This document shows, one piece after another, positions 1 to 8,966 of a DNA stretch of 64,000 nucleotides (position 1 is its first letter; each line of letters starts with the position of its first letter). Under the pieces are notes generated by a model. That model was not told where the DNA came from. It did no database searches and worked only from the letters and a program-made list of their open reading frames with translations. The translations under genes and the position numbers were made by a program. The stretch comes from an uncultured bacterium (GTDB taxonomy: Bacteria > Omnitrophota > Omnitrophia > Omnitrophales > Aquincolibacteriaceae). The DNA is taken from assembly GCA_964482725.1 (NCBI GenBank), contig CAYZYT010000005.1, positions 24,133-88,132 of the forward strand. The letters run 5' to 3'.

Positions 1-574
1 TATGTTCGTTGATACTTTCGCTGAGTTCGAGCTTGCCCTTATTGATGCGAAAAAGGAACTGCGTCTTGTTCGTGTCATTAATGACAAGCTTCGGAAAAAC
101 GGGACGCCCCGATTGAAAATCATACACGCACGCATAGATCTTTTTAAAATATTTCCGGATACTGACGCCATCCAAAAGATCCTGAAGCCCGCTTGAGATG
201 ATGTAATGTTCCAAAGTGATCCCGGCCTCTGAAACTTCCGGGAGAGATCGGATGAACACGTCCAGCTGGTCGAAATAGCCCTCATTAACGCCGGGGTAAT
301 AAGGTACGTGTTTCGCGAATTCTTTCAGCTTTTTCTTGGTGAGAGGGCGCCTTTTAAAAATGGGGTCATCGATCAAAAGCTTCAAATAAGCGAGTGTTTT
401 TTCATAGCCTCTGCGGATCACCAACGACTGGGATCTTGCCCAGAATTTCTTCTTGTCGATCCCATACGCCCTAAAGATCGTTTCTTCCTGCATATTGCCG
501 GGCGAAAGCGTCCCGTCAAAATCATAGACGATCGCAATAATATTTTGCGCGGCTTTTTTGGATTTTTTCAGCAT
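1..574 (-). CDS. HAD-superfamily hydrolase, 3' end runs off the window
   Basis: Own translation of the minus strand from the ATG at 574..572 gives an uninterrupted frame to position 1. The N-terminus reads MLKKSKKAAQNIIAIVYDFDGTLS, the classic HAD motif I (DxDGT). The plus-strand ORFs 2..196 and 308..655 are shadows of this gene. Confidence 0.55.
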   Translation of the reverse strand, partial: MLKKSKKAAQNIIAIVYDFDGTLSPGNMQEETIFRAYGIDKKKFWARSQSLVIRRGYEKTLAYLKLLIDDPIFKRRPLTKKKLKEFAKHVPYYPGVNEGYFDQLDVFIRSLPEVSEAGITLEHYIISSGLQDLLDGVSIRKYFKKIYACVYDFQSGRPVFPKLVINDTNKTQFLFRINKGKLELSESINEH

Positions 575-709
575 TCAACATATCCTAATTTTATCAAATA
601 CGAAAGCCCTCACTCCCAAAACGACTGCGGGCCTGATCCGGAAGGCTCTTCATAGATCCTTCACGAATCAGACCCGCAATGTTAAAGCTAAAACTTAATT
701 CCCAAAATA

Positions 710-1072
710 TTACTTCGTCGGAGCTGCTTCCACCTTCAAACCAAGACTGCGGGCCCGCTCGACTTGAAGATACTGGGAAAGCGTCCGGATGTTCTGCGAG
801 AAGCTCTTCTTCTGCTCATCCGTCAGCTTTTCGTTCGCGCCGGGAAGCTGGATCTGACCGACCGGGAAAAGAAGCGCGGCTTCATTACTCGGCACAAGCA
901 CATCGATCCGGCCGTTCACATTATTCAGACGATAAACCACCCCTTCATAGCCAAAAAGAGAATAAGCTTCCGGAGGGCTCATGCGCTTGGAATTCTCGAT
1001 GCCTACTTTGACAACAAACGCGGACGTAACGATCGCAGCCGCAACGATCACAGCAATAATAATATTCTTCAT
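710..1072 (-). CDS. hypothetical small membrane-anchored protein
   Basis: 120-aa ORF with an N-terminal hydrophobic helix (IIIAVIVAAAIVTSAFVV). GC-rich third codon positions are consistent with a real gene. No recognisable family. Confidence 0.4.
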   Translation of the reverse strand: MKNIIIAVIVAAAIVTSAFVVKVGIENSKRMSPPEAYSLFGYEGVVYRLNNVNGRIDVLVPSNEAALLFPVGQIQLPGANEKLTDEQKKSFSQNIRTLSQYLQVERARSLGLKVEAAPTK

Positions 1073-1156
1073 CTACTTCCTCCTGGGTTTTCTTGATTCA
1101 GTTGCTTCTTCACTATTAACGACCTTTCTTCACATTCTTTAAACTCTAAAAACGCC

Positions 1157-1702
1157 TTATTTAAAATACCGTTCTCTGTAAAACTTGAGCTCTGCGATCG
1201 ATTCCCGGATATCGGACAACGCCCGGTGCGACTTCCCTTTCGTTTGTTCCTTATCCTTCGGATACCAGCGAGCAATAAGAGCCTTAAGAGAACTCACGTC
1301 CACATGTCGGTAATGAAGATACCCATCGATCTTTGGCATAAACTTCAGGAGGAACCTTCGATCATGATGCACAGAATTACCACAAAGGGGTGCTTTCTTG
1401 GGTTTGCAAAATTCCTGAATGATCTCCAAGGTCAACTGCTCCGCCTTTTTGACCGTCATGGTCGATACCTTCACCGCCTCGATAAGACCCGACTTGGCGT
1501 GATGAGCCTGATTCCATTCATCCATCCCCTTGAGAATGCTCGTGGGTTGATGAATCACAAGATCCGGGCCCTCCGCCAGGACATTCAAGTTTCCGTCAGT
1601 AATGATTGTGGCGATCTCAAGGATCTTTTCTTTTTCCGGATCAAGCCCCGTCATTTCCATGTCGATCCAGACCATGTTATTGCGATGGATCTTTTGGATC
1701 AT
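1157..1702 (-). CDS. orn: oligoribonuclease (DEDDh 3'-5' exonuclease)
   Basis: 181 aa, WIDMEMTGLD...HHDRRFL...H-x-ALSDIRESI, the typical Orn/DnaQ-like exonuclease motifs. Confidence 0.88.
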   Translation of the reverse strand: MIQKIHRNNMVWIDMEMTGLDPEKEKILEIATIITDGNLNVLAEGPDLVIHQPTSILKGMDEWNQAHHAKSGLIEAVKVSTMTVKKAEQLTLEIIQEFCKPKKAPLCGNSVHHDRRFLLKFMPKIDGYLHYRHVDVSSLKALIARWYPKDKEQTKGKSHRALSDIRESIAELKFYRERYFK

Positions 1703-1703
1703 G

Positions 1704-2261
1704 CTATCCCTTCTTTCTCATGTCCGCGAGGCGGAGATCTTGGTGAGCATAAAAAAATTCGTCGAATTGAGCTTCAAAAGCGACCTTGAGCGCCTCGCTG
1801 GCATGCATCATAAAATGAAAACCTGCGTTGAGGGCATCGACGTTACTATCGCCGGGTTTCACGATAGCCTCAAGCCCTAGCTTATGAAAAAGGTGCACCA
1901 GAACGCCCAAGACCGGCGATTGCTCCTTATCCGCATTCGAAGCATAAAGGCTCTCGCTAAAGCGCGTCGCTTCCTCAAGGGACTTCGGTGAGGCAAAAAG
2001 CTGCATCACTTCCTTAAAATAGAGATTTTTGAGATCCTTATCCTCGATCCGGTGATGCGCGCAACATCCGACCCAATAGACACATCCCAAAGCCAGCTTG
2101 GCAGGCACATACTCCCGGCAAAAAATGACAAGCGTGGAATTCTTTAGCTGGGGCTCCGCGGCGCAAAACTCACGATAAACGAGCTCATGGCTTTCCGTCT
2201 CTAAAACGAGATCGATCAGGGTCTTTGCGCATTTTTGAAGCGATTGTTTTTCAATCCCCAT
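1704..2261 (-). CDS. hypothetical protein with a CCAHH motif; start trimmed from track ORF 1704..2651
   Basis: The long N-terminal extension of the track ORF overlaps the divergent gene at 2362. The internal Met at 2261 (MGIEKQ...) gives a compact 186-aa protein ending 1 nt before orn. No confident family; a CCAHHRIEDKD motif suggests metal binding. Confidence 0.45.
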   Translation of the reverse strand: MGIEKQSLQKCAKTLIDLVLETESHELVYREFCAAEPQLKNSTLVIFCREYVPAKLALGCVYWVGCCAHHRIEDKDLKNLYFKEVMQLFASPKSLEEATRFSESLYASNADKEQSPVLGVLVHLFHKLGLEAIVKPGDSNVDALNAGFHFMMHASEALKVAFEAQFDEFFYAHQDLRLADMRKKG

Positions 2262-2361
2262 CGCTAGCAATCTCCAAGATTTAAGTGCGGGTATCCTATC
2301 AAGACCCGCGCTGACTTGCAAGACGCGAAATATTTTTCGCACTGTTAATTCGACGGGCTTT

Positions 2362-3282
2362 TTGCCGTTCTTATGGTATAAAGGACGTTCCATGGCCCGA
2401 CGAAAACTGTTCAAATTCAAGCTGACAAAAAAACATAAACGAGGGCTTATCCTGTTCGTTACGATAGCCCTTTGCACCGCAGGTATTTTTTGGATCCTGG
2501 CTCGTCCCGTTACCGTAAAAAAAGCGACCCACATTCGCACCCGTCTGACTTCCACGGCAACCGTCTCCGCCGCTAAAAGGCCCGTCAAAAAAACGCTCCG
2601 AAGATTCACCTCGCAGCCGAAGGTCGCGTTCGTCATTGACGATGTCGGCAACCATCTTCAAGATCGAGACCGGCTTGCGGCCTTGAGCGACAAAGTCACG
2701 TACGCCATTTTGCCGCTACTCCCCTATTCCCGTTATTTCGGTAATTTGAGCCGCACGACGGGAGCCGAGATCATCCTGCACCTTCCTCTCGACACGGTAC
2801 AAGATAAAATCCCGGGCCGAGGGCTCATTGTCGACACCATGAGCCCCGAAGACATACTCAACATGCTCTCGCGAGATCTGGATTCTGTTCCCAACCATGT
2901 CGGCGTTAACAATCACATGGGCTCCCGCGGCACCGCGAGCCACGATATGATGACCGTCATTCTCAAAGACCTCAAGAGTCGAGGGCTCTTTTTTCTGGAC
3001 AGCTACACGACCAAAGAGTCCGTAGTCCCCGCCGTAGCCCGGGAGATCAACCTGCCGATCCTCACCCGTGGCGTTTTTTTAGATAATGAAGATTCCAAAC
3101 CCGCCATCCTTGCCCAGCTCAAAGAGCTGCGACAAGTCGCCCGGGAGAAAGGCAATGCCATCGCGATCGGGCACTACCGCACGAAAACCCTTGAGGTTCT
3201 GGCAACCGAGATCCCCGCTATGGAGGACGAGGGATTCCAGATCATCAATCTGGAAGAAATGTTAATGGTCCAACAAGACTAG
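2362..3282 (+). CDS. divergent polysaccharide deacetylase family protein (YibQ-like)
   Basis: 306 aa with an N-terminal TM helix, then VAFVIDDVGN...NHMGS...IGH blocks typical of the divergent polysaccharide deacetylase fold. The start may be the downstream Met (MARRK). Confidence 0.65.
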   Translation: MPFLWYKGRSMARRKLFKFKLTKKHKRGLILFVTIALCTAGIFWILARPVTVKKATHIRTRLTSTATVSAAKRPVKKTLRRFTSQPKVAFVIDDVGNHLQDRDRLAALSDKVTYAILPLLPYSRYFGNLSRTTGAEIILHLPLDTVQDKIPGRGLIVDTMSPEDILNMLSRDLDSVPNHVGVNNHMGSRGTASHDMMTVILKDLKSRGLFFLDSYTTKESVVPAVAREINLPILTRGVFLDNEDSKPAILAQLKELRQVAREKGNAIAIGHYRTKTLEVLATEIPAMEDEGFQIINLEEMLMVQQD

Positions 3283-3315
3283 TTTCGTAGCCCCTCGGAT
3301 CAAAAAGTCTCCGAT

Positions 3316-4731
3316 TTAAACAACCCTCGCGCGAAAAGTCTCATGATGCAGCCCGGTAAATTCCATCCGGACAAATTGCCCCGAATAGTCCTGATCCGCT
3401 TCGAAAATCACACGCCGGTCTTGATCCATGCGTCCGATCTGCTCCTTGGGATTCTCCATGTTGCGTTTTTCCACAAAAACCACGAATGTTTTCCCGATGA
3501 ACGATCGGCCCTTCTCTTCCGTGATTTTCCTCTGAGTCATGATCAGCTCCTGATTTCGAGAAGCCTTCAGGTCGGACGGAACATCATCTGGAAGCTGGGC
3601 TGCGGGCGTTCCTGGCCGCACGGAATATTTGTAGATAAAAGCGCTATCGAACCGTATCTCCTCGAGCGCGCGTCGCGTCGCCCCTTGGTCTTCCTCTGTT
3701 TCCCCTGAGAATCCCACAATAATGTCGGTCGTGATCGAGATCTCCGGCACGAGCTCCCGCAACCGATCGATCTTCGCTTTATAGTCCGCGTAGGTGTGCA
3801 GTCGCTTCATGCGTTTCAGCAAACGGTCCGAACCGGACTGGAGCGGCAGATGGAACCGGCGGCCGATCTTCGGATTCCGCGCGATCACTTGAAAAAGCTC
3901 TTCCGTCGCATCCTGGGGATGCGACGTCGTGAATGAAATTCTCTCCAAGCCGTCTATCTTGCAGAGGATTTCCAACAATTCAGGGAAGAACGTATCCTGA
4001 ACCGCGGGGAACGGGCAAGGATCAACGGTTCGGCCACTCGTTGTCCGTTGTCCGTTGTCCGTCGATCCGCCGTTGTAGCTGTTGACATTTTGTCCCAGCA
4101 GCGTGATCCATTTCACTCCTGCAGCGACAAGACGCCGCGCCTCGCGCTCCACTTCTGCGGCCGGCATCGAAACTTCACTTCCCCGCGTCATCGGAACAAT
4201 GCAGAACGTGCATTCTTTATTACAGCCGGTCATGATCGGAAGCCACGCATGGAACCCGCTGTCGCGTTTGGTGGTTTCGCTATATTCGATCGAGATCCCG
4301 TCCTGTTTGATCCGGGCGATCTGCTTCCGAACTTCATAAACTTGACGGATCATCTCCGGAAGTTCCTTGATGTGACGCGTCCCAACCATCAGATCCAGGT
4401 ACGGAAATCGCTTAAAGAGCTTTTCCCGGTGTTCCTCAACCATACACCCCATGAGACCAATGACAAGTTGCGAACGCTCCCTCTTTTCAGCGCCAAGGAG
4501 CCCCAGGCGGCCCCAGACACGTTCCTCGGCATGGTCACGGACCGAACACGTGTTCATCAAGACGATATCCGCACCTTGCGAAATAGAAGGCCTTCCCGAG
4601 ATCAGCACACCATCCCCGGGCCCCTCGCCTTCCACGACGATTTCAAACCCAGCCTTTTCCAGAATCCCCGCCGCCACCTGGGAATCGTAAGAATTCATTT
4701 GGCAGCCAAAAGTTTTCAATAATATTTTCAT
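3316..4731 (-). CDS. miaB: tRNA-i6A37 methylthiotransferase MiaB (radical SAM MTTase with TRAM domain)
   Basis: FGCQMN N-terminal MTTase motif, CNKECTFC radical-SAM cysteine triad and a C-terminal TRAM domain. Contains a short low-complexity insert encoded by a 3x CGTTGTC repeat at 4039..4059. Confidence 0.88.
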   Translation of the reverse strand: MKILLKTFGCQMNSYDSQVAAGILEKAGFEIVVEGEGPGDGVLISGRPSISQGADIVLMNTCSVRDHAEERVWGRLGLLGAEKRERSQLVIGLMGCMVEEHREKLFKRFPYLDLMVGTRHIKELPEMIRQVYEVRKQIARIKQDGISIEYSETTKRDSGFHAWLPIMTGCNKECTFCIVPMTRGSEVSMPAAEVEREARRLVAAGVKWITLLGQNVNSYNGGSTDNGQRTTSGRTVDPCPFPAVQDTFFPELLEILCKIDGLERISFTTSHPQDATEELFQVIARNPKIGRRFHLPLQSGSDRLLKRMKRLHTYADYKAKIDRLRELVPEISITTDIIVGFSGETEEDQGATRRALEEIRFDSAFIYKYSVRPGTPAAQLPDDVPSDLKASRNQELIMTQRKITEEKGRSFIGKTFVVFVEKRNMENPKEQIGRMDQDRRVIFEADQDYSGQFVRMEFTGLHHETFRARVV

Positions 4732-4734
4732 TTT

Positions 4735-5634
4735 TTAATCCAGATAGGCCCCTGACCCTACAATAAATACATCACCACCGCATTTGACCTTTTTAACATA
4801 CGTATGTTTCTTGGAAGGGATCGTGGCCCCCGGTTTGGGCCAGAAATAATCGACCCACCCGGATCCCTGGGTCAAGGCCACCTGGATATAATCGCGAACG
4901 AGGGAATCTCCCTGGCTGTCTTTATAATCCAACAAATTCCTTCCTTCGATATTCGGAAACGCACCGTTCACGAGCTCTACGCCTTCGGGGCTATCCACAA
5001 AGACATAAGTGTCCATGAACATAAACGGCCCGGTTTTGTCCCTCAATTTCGGGAAAGCCGCCCGACCCTCCTTCTCGATCAATGCCGCCGCGGAGTCTAC
5101 CACCGCAACAATAAACCCCTTTTCCATCTTCATATTGTACAAACCGCTTCCAACAACATATTTCTTGCCTGACGGCGCAATCGCGAGCTTCACAAAAGAG
5201 CTCTTCCAGAGAGGAAAGAGGCTTCCCGGCTCGGGCCATTGATAATGGAACCACCCTTCCTTCGGATCTCCGTTTACAACATCAAAGAACCCTTGGATGA
5301 TGGGCTTACTATTAACATCCCTGAGTCCCGACTGATTTTTCCCCTCGAGAACAGGATCGGGATGCAAAACCGTATTCCCATCCATGTCGATAATAAAAAC
5401 ATAGAGATCCCCATGCCGCCATGGACTGCCTTCCTTTTTAAAATTGGGGAAAGCAGCTTCACCCTCCTTTTCAACAACCGCGGCCGCATCCTTCACGAGA
5501 GATACCAACGCCTGACCCGGGGCAACAACCGAACCCGCCAGTTCTTTAGAAACATTTGCCGCCTCGAGAGAAAAAACATTCGTTGCGGAAAAAGCCAGCA
5601 ACCCCGTAGCTAATAACAACGCGCGCATAGACAT
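4735..5634 (-). CDS. secreted tandem single-Cache (sCache-like) domain protein
   Basis: Two repeated blocks (YVFIIDMDGNTVLHPD...WFHYQWP.PG and YVFVDSPEGVELVNG...WVDYFWPKPG) typical of Cache ligand-binding domains. Signal peptide MSMRALLLATGLLAFSATNVFS. Start reassigned to ATG 5634 (or 5628), preceded by AGGAGG; the track ORF extends to 5793. Confidence 0.6.
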   Translation of the reverse strand: MSMRALLLATGLLAFSATNVFSLEAANVSKELAGSVVAPGQALVSLVKDAAAVVEKEGEAAFPNFKKEGSPWRHGDLYVFIIDMDGNTVLHPDPVLEGKNQSGLRDVNSKPIIQGFFDVVNGDPKEGWFHYQWPEPGSLFPLWKSSFVKLAIAPSGKKYVVGSGLYNMKMEKGFIVAVVDSAAALIEKEGRAAFPKLRDKTGPFMFMDTYVFVDSPEGVELVNGAFPNIEGRNLLDYKDSQGDSLVRDYIQVALTQGSGWVDYFWPKPGATIPSKKHTYVKKVKCGGDVFIVGSGAYLD

Positions 5635-5803
5635 CCTCCTTTTTGGACGACAGACGATTCCAAAGGCCGTGCGACAAGAAGCTCCTCTTACAGCAACACC
5701 AAAAATCCGACCTTTCCTGAAATTCACACCTGCACCTGACTGTCGCAGGTTTTCTATTAAATTCAAAGGTTTAAACAAAACTTTTTGCGGCAAAACAAAC
5801 GCT

Positions 5804-6580
5804 TTATTCTCGAACTAGAAAATCAGGAAACAGAGCTTTAAGATTTTGGCGAAGATCAGAGGAAATGCCTGCCATGGGGATGGCCTTCTCACGAAGTTCT
5901 TTATCAAAACAATGGTCGGGGTGGAACATTTGAAGAGCATAGCGTTTGCACCCCTTCTCTGCAAGTCCTCGGGCCATAGCCAGGACATCATCCTCCGAGA
6001 GAACCGCAGGATGGAACGTGGTGCGGAATTCGTAAGCCACGCCGCTTGCAAGGACCAACTCCACGCTTTGCCGAGCCTTATCACCACTCTCCGGAATCAG
6101 AGTCACCTTTTCGTAGAGATGAAACGGAGCTTTGATATCGAGGCCGACCCAGTTGCAAAACGGGAGAACTTGCTCGAGGCGCTCGGGAACCATACCTCCG
6201 GTGTGAAGACCGACCTCGAAACCCCTATCTTTGACCGCTTTTACCCAAGCTGGAAGATGATCATGAATCGTGGGTTCCCCACCCGAGAACACGATCCCGT
6301 CGAGGTGCCCCTTACGGGAATCCAGGAAATGCAGTATTTTTTCAAGCGGAATGGACTGTCCGGCAGGTAGGGGCCAAAACTCAGCGTTATAACAATAGCG
6401 ACATCGCCACGAACACCCCTGAAGATAAAAAACCCCGGCCAAGCGGCCGGGGAAATCTATCGTCGTAAAGGGCGTAATGCCCGCGACGCAAATGTCGCTT
6501 AGATCACTTGCAGCCACACCCGGCTTCTTTGGGTTCGGCGAAATATTTCCGCTCATAAAATTCGCCTTTTTTTCCAACAT
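5804..6580 (-). CDS. nrdG: anaerobic ribonucleoside-triphosphate reductase activating protein (radical SAM)
   Basis: CSWRCRYC (CxxxCxxC) followed by GGEPT, lying downstream of nrdD. The true start may be the GTG at 6517, which overlaps the stop of the small glycyl-radical ORF. Confidence 0.78.
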   Translation of the reverse strand: MLEKKANFMSGNISPNPKKPGVAASDLSDICVAGITPFTTIDFPGRLAGVFYLQGCSWRCRYCYNAEFWPLPAGQSIPLEKILHFLDSRKGHLDGIVFSGGEPTIHDHLPAWVKAVKDRGFEVGLHTGGMVPERLEQVLPFCNWVGLDIKAPFHLYEKVTLIPESGDKARQSVELVLASGVAYEFRTTFHPAVLSEDDVLAMARGLAEKGCKRYALQMFHPDHCFDKELREKAIPMAGISSDLRQNLKALFPDFLVRE

Positions 6581-6677
6581 TGAACCCGGCGACCGGGCGA
6601 TGGTACCCCATCACGCGCGTCCAAACTTCGCAGCGCGTCCGCTCTTCATCTTTTAAAACAATAGAGTCTTTTGTCAT
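6504..6677 (-). CDS. small ORF encoding a class III RNR glycyl-radical domain (RVxGY ... NxGKxxE..R)
   Basis: Own translation: MTKDSIVLKDEERTRCEVWTRVMGYHRPVAGFNVGKKGEFYERKYFAEPKEAGCGCK. It contains the RV(C/M)GY glycyl-radical signature and the NxGKKxE block that normally form the C-terminus of NrdD. A GGGGGA Shine-Dalgarno sits 4-5 nt upstream. Absent from the ORF track coordinates but open on the minus strand. Confidence 0.55.
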   Translation of the reverse strand: MTKDSIVLKDEERTRCEVWTRVMGYHRPVAGFNVGKKGEFYERKYFAEPKEAGCGCK

Positions 6678-6769
6678 TTGTTCCCCCGTTAGAGATAGGA
6701 GGCGCTTCTTTCAAAGCACTTCCGTTCATTTCAAAATCTTGACCCCAAAAACCTAAAATTTTCGTTCGT

Positions 6770-6810
6770 TTATGATTCAAAAACTAACCCCGCGCATCTC
6801 TAACGGGGCA
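6770..6810 (-). terminator. putative intrinsic terminator directly after the nrdD stop
   Basis: On the minus-strand RNA: CCCCG-uuagagaugcg-CGGGG followed by UUAGUUUUUG. Confidence 0.35.
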
Positions 6811-6814
6811 AGAT

Positions 6815-8878
6815 TTAAAGCTTCGCTTCGATCGTCGCCGTTGATTCGACTTCCTGAGCGTCGTGGTGGTGAACCGTTTTTTGATTGATAAGCTCTTGAT
6901 CGCATTTGGTACAAAATTCATGTTCGCCTGCAAGATAACCATGCGTCGGACAGATCGAGAAGGTCGGCGTGATGGTAATATAAGGGATCCGATAACCTTC
7001 CAGCGCCCGCTTGACGAGATTCTTGCAGGATTCCGCGCTCGACATGCGCTCGCCCATATAAAGATGCAGCACGGTCCCTCCGGTGTAGCGACGCTGTAAC
7101 TCCTCCTGGCGGCCCAGAGCCTCGAACGGATCATCCGTGAATCCCGCGGGAAGCTGGGAAGAATTCGTGTAATACGGACGCTCCACCGTGCCGGCATGAA
7201 GAATGTCTGGAAAACGCTTGATATCTTCTTTTGCAAACCGATAAGTCGCACCTTCCGCAGGTGTGGCCTCGAGATTATAAAGATGTCCGGTCTCCTCCTG
7301 GAACGCAACGATGCGCGCGCGGATATGATCCAGCATCTTAAGAGCAAACTCAAAACCCGCCTGGGTCGTGATGTTCTCGCTTCCACCCGTAAAGTTACGA
7401 ATGCATTCATTGATCCCATTAACACCGATCGTTGAGAAGTGATTGCGCAGGGTCCCGAGGTAACGCTTGGTATACGGGAAAAGCCCGGCATCCATGTGGC
7501 GTTGAATGATCTTACGCTTGAGCTCCAAGCTCGTCTTCGCGATCTGAAGGAGCGTGTCGATCCGGTTGAAGAACGCGCCCTCATCCCCTTTGGAGAGATA
7601 ACCGATCCGGGCACAGTTCAGGGTCACGACTCCGAGAGAACCGGTCTGCTCGGCAGACCCGAAAAGCCCATTCCCGCGCTTTAGAAGTTCACGCAGATCG
7701 AGTTGAAGGCGGCAGCACATGGAGCGGACATGGTTTGGCTTGAGGTCCGAATTAAGGAAGTTTTGGAAATACGGCAACCCATACTTGGCGGTCATTTCAA
7801 AAAGAGGGACGCAATTCGGATGGTTCCAGTCAAAATCCGGCGTAATGTTGTAAGTCGGGATCGGGAACGTAAAAACACGTCCCTTGGCATCACCACGCAT
7901 CATGACTTCGATATAGGCCTTGTTGATCATCGCCATTTCTTCTGAAAGGTCCCCATAGACGAAATCCACCTCTTTGCCGCCAATGATCGGATGCTCGTTA
8001 CGGAGGTCGTCAGGACAAACCCAGTCGAACGTTACGTTCGTGAAAGGCGTTTGCGTTCCCCATCGGGAGGGAACGTTCAAGTTATAAATGAACTCCTGAA
8101 TGCTCTGTTTGACGTCTTCGTAAGGAAGCTTGTCGATCCGGATAAAAGGTGCGAGGTAGGTATCGAACGAAGAGAACGCCTGAGCCCCCGCCCATTCGTT
8201 CTGAAGCGTGCCAAGGAAATTCACCATCTGCCCGACTGCGGAGCTCAGATGCTTCGGGGGCGCGGATTCCACCTTGTCCGGAACGCCGTTAAACCCTTCG
8301 CGGATCAAGGTCTTGAGGGACCAACCGGCACAATAGCCAGAAAGCATATCCAGGTCATGAATGTGCACATCACCATGACGATGCGCGTTCGCAACTTCCT
8401 CAGGGTACACATGAGAGAGCCAGTAATTTGCAAGCACCTTGCCGGAGATATTGAGGATCATACCGCCCAAAGAATACCCTTGATTGGCGTTCGCGTTCAC
8501 GCGCCAGTCCAGTTTATAAAGGTATTCATTGACCGAAGAGGTTACATCGACCACGGTCTTTTGATCCCGGCGCAATTTCTTGTGCTGTTCACGGTAGACG
8601 ATGTAAGCGCGGGCGGTCTTGAGATGGTTGGACGAGATCAGGACCTGCTCCACAATATCCTGGATCTTTTCGATATCGAGAAAGCCGGGAGAGTACCGGT
8701 TATCAATAACTTTTATAACTTCTAAGGTTAAGATCTGAGCTTCCGCACCGTCATATTCCCCCGTCGCCTGCCCCGCTTTGACGATCGCGTTGTAGATCTT
8801 GGTTCCGTCAAAAGGAACGATGGAACCGTCGCGCTTGCGGATGCTGGTGATCTTCTTGGAAAGGAACTGATGTGCCAT
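6815..8878 (-). CDS. nrdD: anaerobic (class III) ribonucleoside-triphosphate reductase catalytic subunit, lacking the C-terminal glycyl-radical motif
   Basis: 687 aa with an N-terminal ATP-cone (ITSIRKRDGSIVPFDGTKI), a large class III RNR core and a C-terminal Zn-ribbon-like CPTHGY...CTKCD. There is no RVCGY motif before the stop. Confidence 0.85.
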   Translation of the reverse strand: MAHQFLSKKITSIRKRDGSIVPFDGTKIYNAIVKAGQATGEYDGAEAQILTLEVIKVIDNRYSPGFLDIEKIQDIVEQVLISSNHLKTARAYIVYREQHKKLRRDQKTVVDVTSSVNEYLYKLDWRVNANANQGYSLGGMILNISGKVLANYWLSHVYPEEVANAHRHGDVHIHDLDMLSGYCAGWSLKTLIREGFNGVPDKVESAPPKHLSSAVGQMVNFLGTLQNEWAGAQAFSSFDTYLAPFIRIDKLPYEDVKQSIQEFIYNLNVPSRWGTQTPFTNVTFDWVCPDDLRNEHPIIGGKEVDFVYGDLSEEMAMINKAYIEVMMRGDAKGRVFTFPIPTYNITPDFDWNHPNCVPLFEMTAKYGLPYFQNFLNSDLKPNHVRSMCCRLQLDLRELLKRGNGLFGSAEQTGSLGVVTLNCARIGYLSKGDEGAFFNRIDTLLQIAKTSLELKRKIIQRHMDAGLFPYTKRYLGTLRNHFSTIGVNGINECIRNFTGGSENITTQAGFEFALKMLDHIRARIVAFQEETGHLYNLEATPAEGATYRFAKEDIKRFPDILHAGTVERPYYTNSSQLPAGFTDDPFEALGRQEELQRRYTGGTVLHLYMGERMSSAESCKNLVKRALEGYRIPYITITPTFSICPTHGYLAGEHEFCTKCDQELINQKTVHHHDAQEVESTATIEAKL

Positions 8879-8917
8879 GGTATCTCCTCTTTTCTCGCCT
8901 TATCTTTATCGGCGATC

Positions 8918-8966
8918 AGACAACATATTGTAGTTTTTTTTTAGGCAGCCACCACATCTAGTGCGG
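8918..8966 (-). promoter_or_regulatory. candidate tandem NrdR boxes upstream of nrdD
   Basis: Two imperfect palindromes, ACAACATATTGTAG and CCACATCTAGTG, with centres 32 bp apart, 40-90 bp upstream of the nrdD start. They resemble the 16-bp acaCwAtATaTwGtgt NrdR operator, which typically occurs as tandem boxes about 3 helical turns apart. Confidence 0.35.

Noticed and set aside
2-655. Plus-strand ORFs 2..196 and 308..655
   Set aside because: They lie antisense to a continuous minus-strand HAD-hydrolase frame (DFDGTLS motif) that runs from 574 to the window edge. They are shadow ORFs.
2262-2651. N-terminal 130 aa of track ORF 1704..2651
   Set aside because: It overlaps the divergent deacetylase gene and its promoter region. 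The internal ATG at 2261 gives a compact gene abutting orn.
4039-4059. 3x CGTTGTC heptamer repeat inside miaB as a possible phase-variation tract
   Set aside because: It lies in a housekeeping tRNA-modification gene, the copy number is too low for slipped-strand switching, and it simply encodes a short low-complexity loop. It is most likely neutral.
6696-6808. Hypothesis that a 113-nt inverted-repeat-flanked insertion split an originally contiguous nrdD
   Set aside because: Removing the segment (113 nt, which is 2 mod 3) would bring the frames together, but the nrdD TAA stop and a following TAG lie outside the segment and would remain. Simple excision does not restore a fused ORF.
6784-7614. 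276-aa minus-strand ORF overlapping nrdD in another frame
   Set aside because: Its translation is Arg/Ser-rich and motif-free. nrdD occupies the same DNA with clear class III RNR motifs.
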